From positions 16,445-80,444 of the forward strand of contig CAIWAD010000124.1 in the NCBI GenBank assembly GCA_903910645.1: a stretch of DNA of 64,000 nt. Reading direction: 5' to 3'. Position numbers and translations under genes: made by a program. The stretch's first letter is position 1, and the number at the start of each line of letters is the position of its first letter. Source of the stretch: an uncultured bacterium. Lineage in GTDB: Bacteria; CAIWAD01. This document shows positions 59,924 to 64,000 of this stretch, piece by piece. The notes under the pieces are model-generated. The model made no database searches. It had not been told where the DNA came from and was given only the letters and a program-made list of their open reading frames with translations.

Positions 59924-60442
59924 TCAGGCCAGCAGCTTGCGACCAATGGTGGCGAAGTCCCGGGCAAAGAGCGCCAGGCGCTCCTCCAGGGCCGGCACCG
60001 GCGCCCCGTCTTCAGGCAGGTCCCTCTCCAGCGCGTAGACCACTCGGGGCAGCTGGATCATGCGCCACTCGTTCATGCACATCTGCGTCAGGTGCATGGT
60101 GCTCAAATAGCTCTTCTCGCCACCTGCGGCGCACAAGATGCCGAAGAACTTGTCCTCGCAGCCCTTCATGCAGGTGTCCAGCACCATTTTCAAGCCATCG
60201 TTCACCGTGTAGCAGTGCACGCCCATGCCGAAGACATAGTTGTCCGACTCGGCCACCAGGTCGGCCAGGGCGCGCATGCTGTCTGTTTTGCCCAGATGGC
60301 AGGGACGCAGTTCGATATCGCGCAGGTCCACCCAGCGAGTGTCCACTTCATGCTCCGTGCGCAGCAGCTCGTCAACACGCTGGCACAGCCGTCGGGAGCG
60401 GGAGGCGGGGTTAAGGGAACTGGAAAGCACCAGAGTGCGCAT
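59924..60442 (-). CDS. NADPH-dependent FMN reductase-like flavoprotein
   Basis: I chose the ATG at 60442 (MRTLVLSSSLNPASRSR...). The size (172 aa) and the flavodoxin-like N-terminal loop fit this family. Confidence 0.5.
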   Translation of the reverse strand: MRTLVLSSSLNPASRSRRLCQRVDELLRTEHEVDTRWVDLRDIELRPCHLGKTDSMRALADLVAESDNYVFGMGVHCYTVNDGLKMVLDTCMKGCEDKFFGILCAAGGEKSYLSTMHLTQMCMNEWRMIQLPRVVYALERDLPEDGAPVPALEERLALFARDFATIGRKLLA

Positions 60443-60590
60443 GGATGTCTTCTCCAATGATGAGCGCTTTGTTGTGAAGGAATAAACCTGGGGATCTTGA
60501 TGCTTGTCATGGCGCGGGTCACCCGGAAACTCCATCCTTCAGTGTCCAGCGCGGCTCAGGCATCGCCGGATCCCACACCAGCCAAAGAAC

Positions 60591-62609
60591 ATGAAAAGCC
60601 GGGAGTTTGCCATGACCATGCCTTGGCGCGGGCAGCCACTTGCCCTCCTGTGCGTGCTGGCCCTGTGCCACGCCGCTGCCGCGGTGCAGATCTTCAACCA
60701 GCCCCACAACGGCACCGGAACCTTGTACCAATCCTCCTGGCTGGAACCCGATGGCAGCAATAGCGACCAGTTCGCCTATGACTCTTTCCAAATGGCCAGC
60801 TCACAGGCCATCACGGAAATCCACTGGCGCGGCGGCCACGATCCAGCGTTCGTGTGGTGGAGCACGCCGGTGCTCAGCTTCCGCGTGGACATCTACGGCA
60901 ACAACGGCAACCTCATGCAACCCGATGTGGTTCACCCGCCTCTGGTGAGCTACACCAGCACAGATGCCTGCGGTGAGAGCCCGGTTGGGGTCTTCGGCGG
61001 CACCACCTTGCACGACTACCACTTCACCCTGCCCTCGCCTTTTCAGGCCGTGGGTGGAACGCGCTACTGGGTGCAGATCACCGCGGAGCAGCATGGCATT
61101 CCGGACTGGGGATTCGCCGCCGCCAGCGGAGGCAATGGCAGCCATTTCCGGCGCCTCTCCGAGTACCAGTTCCAGAGCATTTCCGGGGATTGCGCCTTCA
61201 GCCTGTACACCAGTGCCGATCCCACCGCCCTCATCAGCGCCACGGTGGAGCCCGTCGGCACCGGCAGCGTGATGGGCGCGGGACTCTATCCCCTGGGCAG
61301 CAGCGCCACCCTGGTGGCCACGGCAGAGGCGGGCTTCGGCTTCCAGCAGTGGACAGAGAACGGCCAGCCCGTCAGCCAGAACAGCCGCTACACCTTCAGC
61401 GTCACGGCCAACCGCAGTTTGGTGGCCCACTTCCTGCCCACCCATTCCCTGGTTCTGGAGCGCTGGCCCGCCACCGGGGGCCATGTGCAGGGCGGAGGCG
61501 TGTTCAATACCGGCAGCGCGGTGGGCATCCTGGCCACTCCCAGCCCGGGCCATCACTTCGTGGCTTGGCTGGACGGTGGCAGCACTTTCATGGGAAGCAA
61601 TCCGGACACCACCCTGATCCTGGACAGCGATCGCTTTGTGGCGGCCCAGTTCGAGGCGGATCCCGCCACCGCCGTCTTTGATTTCGACAACGCTTACCCC
61701 CCCGTCTATCCCCACCAGACCATGCCGTCCGTGCAGAGCCAGGCCGGCCTGTCCTGCAACTTCACGGCGCGCTCCGGCTTCTGGTCGGTGCAGAACACCA
61801 TCTATGGCTGGACGCCATTGGATTTCGGCGGGAACTTCCTGTACCCCTCCACTTCCTGGAGCTCGCTGGCCTTCAACTTCGATGCTCCCCTGACGGAGCT
61901 GGCGCTGGACTTCTGCACCAGCGAGATCGCCGCCGAGTTCGACATGGGATCCCTGTTGCGCCTGCGGGCATATGCCACCTCGGAGACCGGCCCTGTGCTG
62001 GCGGAGTGCAGCGGGCGTGGCCAGTGGGTGGGACTAATGTACCCGGAGGGCCGCCTGCATCTGGTGTCGGCGGAACCCTTCCAGACCGTGGTGGTGGACT
62101 TTGGGCCTGCCCAGGGTGGTCCTTTGGGCGATCTCTTCTGGGTGGACAATCTCATTGCCGTGCGCGCCTCCGCGCCTCCCCAGCTCCTGACCCTGGATGC
62201 CTGGCCGCCGGAAGGTGGCACGCTGGAGGGAGCCGGCTTGTGGGATGCGGGACTGGAAGTCCTGGCCACGGCCTGGGCCGCGCCTGGCTTCCAGTTCTCC
62301 CATTGGGAAGAGTATGGAGTCCTGCGCTCCTCCGCCAATCCCCTTGCCGTGACCATGGACCAGACCCACGCCCTTACCGCCGTGTTCGCCCCCGTGTTGG
62401 AAGCATTGGTGGACACGGGGGCCGATCCAGTCCAGGCCTGGCTGCGCTGGCCGGATTCCACGGGCAGCTGGATGCTGGAGCAGTCTCCGGGCACCTATCC
62501 GCCCGCCTGGGTTCCCGTGGACGCGCCGGTGAGCGGCGTTGAGGGATGGAACGAACTCTATCTGCCTGTCACCCAGGGCGCCGTGCTGTATCGCTTGCGG
62601 AGGCCATGA
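60591..62609 (+). CDS. Secreted protein with divergent InlB B-repeat-type modules
   Basis: I chose the ATG at 60591 (MKSREFAMTMPWRGQPLALLCVLALCHAAAA). Repeats: GSVMGAGLYPLGSSATLVATAEAGFGFQQWTENG, GHVQGGGVFNTGSAVGILATPSPGHHFVAWLDGG and GTLEGAGLWDAGLEVLATAWAAPGFQFSHWEEYG. Confidence 0.6.
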   Translation: MKSREFAMTMPWRGQPLALLCVLALCHAAAAVQIFNQPHNGTGTLYQSSWLEPDGSNSDQFAYDSFQMASSQAITEIHWRGGHDPAFVWWSTPVLSFRVDIYGNNGNLMQPDVVHPPLVSYTSTDACGESPVGVFGGTTLHDYHFTLPSPFQAVGGTRYWVQITAEQHGIPDWGFAAASGGNGSHFRRLSEYQFQSISGDCAFSLYTSADPTALISATVEPVGTGSVMGAGLYPLGSSATLVATAEAGFGFQQWTENGQPVSQNSRYTFSVTANRSLVAHFLPTHSLVLERWPATGGHVQGGGVFNTGSAVGILATPSPGHHFVAWLDGGSTFMGSNPDTTLILDSDRFVAAQFEADPATAVFDFDNAYPPVYPHQTMPSVQSQAGLSCNFTARSGFWSVQNTIYGWTPLDFGGNFLYPSTSWSSLAFNFDAPLTELALDFCTSEIAAEFDMGSLLRLRAYATSETGPVLAECSGRGQWVGLMYPEGRLHLVSAEPFQTVVVDFGPAQGGPLGDLFWVDNLIAVRASAPPQLLTLDAWPPEGGTLEGAGLWDAGLEVLATAWAAPGFQFSHWEEYGVLRSSANPLAVTMDQTHALTAVFAPVLEALVDTGADPVQAWLRWPDSTGSWMLEQSPGTYPPAWVPVDAPVSGVEGWNELYLPVTQGAVLYRLRRP

Positions 62610-62774
62610 TCCACCTGCGTGCGGCAAGGCATGCTCTTCAATGCCACTTCGCATAGTTTTGTTCGTATTTCCGAATTCAAGACAAATCAAGTCCGAGAAA
62701 TCTCCTCTCCCGCGCCTCCTCTCCTTGCATGCCCTTTAGGGGAGAACTAGCTTGTCGGCCAATGACTAAAATCA

Positions 62775-62797
62775 GAACCACTTAGGTTCTACTTAGG
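62775..62797. promoter_or_regulatory. Candidate Rrf2 operator upstream of the rrf2-suf genes
   Basis: Inverted repeat GAACC-N5-GGTTC (62775-62789), plus the direct repeat ACTTAGG at 62780-62786 and 62791-62797. It lies just upstream of the AGGAAGG and the GTG start at 62809. Confidence 0.35.
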
Positions 62798-62808
62798 AAG
62801 GACGCCCC

Positions 62809-63297
62809 GTGCTGCGCATCACCAAGCAAAGTGATTACGGCATCCTCTTGATGACCCTTATCGCCACCCGACCCGAATCCGGCTCGCACAGCGCGCGGGA
62901 TCTGGCGGATGAAACCGGCCTTCCCCTGCCCATGGTGGGCAAAATCCTGAAGCTGCTGGTGCGGGACGGCCTTCTGGTCAGCCAGCGCGGCGCCAAGGGC
63001 GGATACCGGCTAAGCAAGTCGCCGGCGGGCATCACGGTGGAAGACATTGTGCGCTCACTTGAAGGGCCCATCGCCATCACCGAGTGCTCGGAGACGGGTC
63101 CCGGCGGCTGTCGCTTCACTGGCGCCTGCACCCTGCAACCCAATTGGATGCGCATCAATCGAGCCCTGCGCAAGGCCCTGCAAGGCATCACCCTGATGGA
63201 CATGATGCCCGCGGATGGCAAGCTGGACGGCGTGTCCTGCGCAGGCATGACCCGCGCCGCCGAGGCCTTGGAGCGCATGGCCGGAGCAGGCGCATGA
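62809..63297 (+). CDS. Rrf2-family transcriptional regulator (IscR/SufR-like, with Cys ligands)
   Basis: MLRITKQSDYGILLMTLIA...LVSQRGAKGGYRL is the Rrf2 HTH. The cysteine cluster is CSETGPGGCRFTGAC. ATGA overlap with sufB. Confidence 0.85.
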   Translation: MLRITKQSDYGILLMTLIATRPESGSHSARDLADETGLPLPMVGKILKLLVRDGLLVSQRGAKGGYRLSKSPAGITVEDIVRSLEGPIAITECSETGPGGCRFTGACTLQPNWMRINRALRKALQGITLMDMMPADGKLDGVSCAGMTRAAEALERMAGAGA

Positions 63298-64000
63298 CAG
63301 AAGAGAAACGGCAGATCCACGAACTGGCCCAGCAGGACTACAAGTACGGCTTCGTCAGCGCCATTGACGCCGACACCTTCCCCGCCGGGCTAAGTGAAGA
63401 GATTGTGGCGGCCATCTCCCACCGCAAGGATGAGCCGGCCTACATGCTGGATTGGCGCATCAAGGCATTTCGCGCCTGGCGGGACATGCGCCTGCCCAAT
63501 TGGGCCTACCTCACCATTCCGCCCATCGATTTCCAGGCCATCTCCTATTACAGCGCCCCCCGCAAGAAGGAAGGCCCCGCCAGCCTGGACGATGTGGATC
63601 CGGACCTGCTGGAGACCTTTGAAAAGCTGGGCATCCCGTTGGGCGAGCGCGCCCGTCTGGCCGGCGTGGCGGTGGACGCGGTATTCGACAGTGAAAGTGT
63701 GAAGACCACTTACAAGGAAGAGCTGGCCGCCAAGGGCGTCATCTTCTGCTCCATGAGCGAGGCCCTGCGCGAGCATCCGGATCTGGTTCGCCGCCACCTG
63801 GGCAGCGTGGTGCCCGTGCGAGACAACTTCTACGCCGCGCTCAACTCCGCCGTCTTCAGTGACGGCTCCTTTGTCTACATCCCGCGCGGCGTGCGCTGCC
63901 CCATGGAATTGTCCACCTACTTCCGCATCAACGCGGCCGGCACGGGGCAGTTCGAGCGCACGCTCATCGTGGCGGATGAAGGCTCCCATGTGAGCTATCT
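63294..64000 (+). CDS. sufB: Fe-S cluster assembly protein SufB (5' part; continues beyond the window)
   Basis: Absent from the ORF track because it is open-ended. My translation from the ATG at 63294 reads MTEEKRQIHELAQQDYKYGFVSAIDADTFPAGLSEEIV...MLDWRIKAFRAW...FYAALNSAVFSDGSFVYIPRGVRCPMELSTYFRIN. Confidence 0.9.
   Translation, partial: MTEEKRQIHELAQQDYKYGFVSAIDADTFPAGLSEEIVAAISHRKDEPAYMLDWRIKAFRAWRDMRLPNWAYLTIPPIDFQAISYYSAPRKKEGPASLDDVDPDLLETFEKLGIPLGERARLAGVAVDAVFDSESVKTTYKEELAAKGVIFCSMSEALREHPDLVRRHLGSVVPVRDNFYAALNSAVFSDGSFVYIPRGVRCPMELSTYFRINAAGTGQFERTLIVADEGSHVSY

Noticed and set aside
62628-62660. Hairpin GGCAT-N8-ATGCC after the 60591-62609 gene, considered as a terminator.
   Set aside because: The stem is only 5 bp with an 8-nt loop, and the T-run lies 12 nt away. 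That is not convincing.

Overview
GC-rich bacterial chromosomal window with about 50 genes, most on the minus strand. I saw no rRNA, tRNA, CRISPR array, IS element or prophage. All calls come from reading the supplied translations and the DNA; no database search was run. Many start codons were moved inward from the ORF-track maximum, using signal peptides and 4-nt ATGA stop/start overlaps.

Gene content, left to right:
- 1-4.1 kb: a peptidoglycan trio, an AmgK-like kinase, MurG with a C-terminal HEAT-repeat extension, and MraY.
- 4.3-11.9 kb: secreted accessory proteins, namely a 13-blade RCC1 protein with a T9SS-type C-terminal sorting domain, a triple CBM20-like protein, and a 1238-aa GH57-like protein.
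- 12-15.8 kb: MFS transporter, a membrane protein, and Kup carrying a charged insertion.
- 16.5-34.1 kb: the multihaem cytochrome supercluster described below.
- 34.3-37 kb: M23 peptidase and a TPR protein.
- 37.5-41.4 kb: Ogt and IcmF.
- 41.6-44.9 kb: a YtrA-type GntR/ABC operon.
- 45-54.6 kb: DUF1648 protein, crcB and recCBD.
- 54.8-64 kb: SulP, DedA, LemA/TPM/TPM, an FMN reductase, a secreted InlB-B-repeat protein, and an Rrf2 regulator followed by sufB.

The main candidate for a new system is a 17.6-kb, 14-gene, translationally coupled operon at 16488-34094 on the minus strand. It encodes:
- eight c-type multihaem proteins, with 64 canonical CxxCH motifs by my count;
- two FdnI-like cytochrome b modules, one split over three ORFs and one fused into a single polypeptide;
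- two NHL beta-propellers;
- a predicted outer-membrane beta-barrel;
- two tandem-rhodanese lipoproteins.

I read this as a composite extracellular electron-transfer or sulfur/chalcogen redox conduit. Its first cytochrome is interrupted by an in-frame TGA that is followed, 11 nt later, by a small hairpin.
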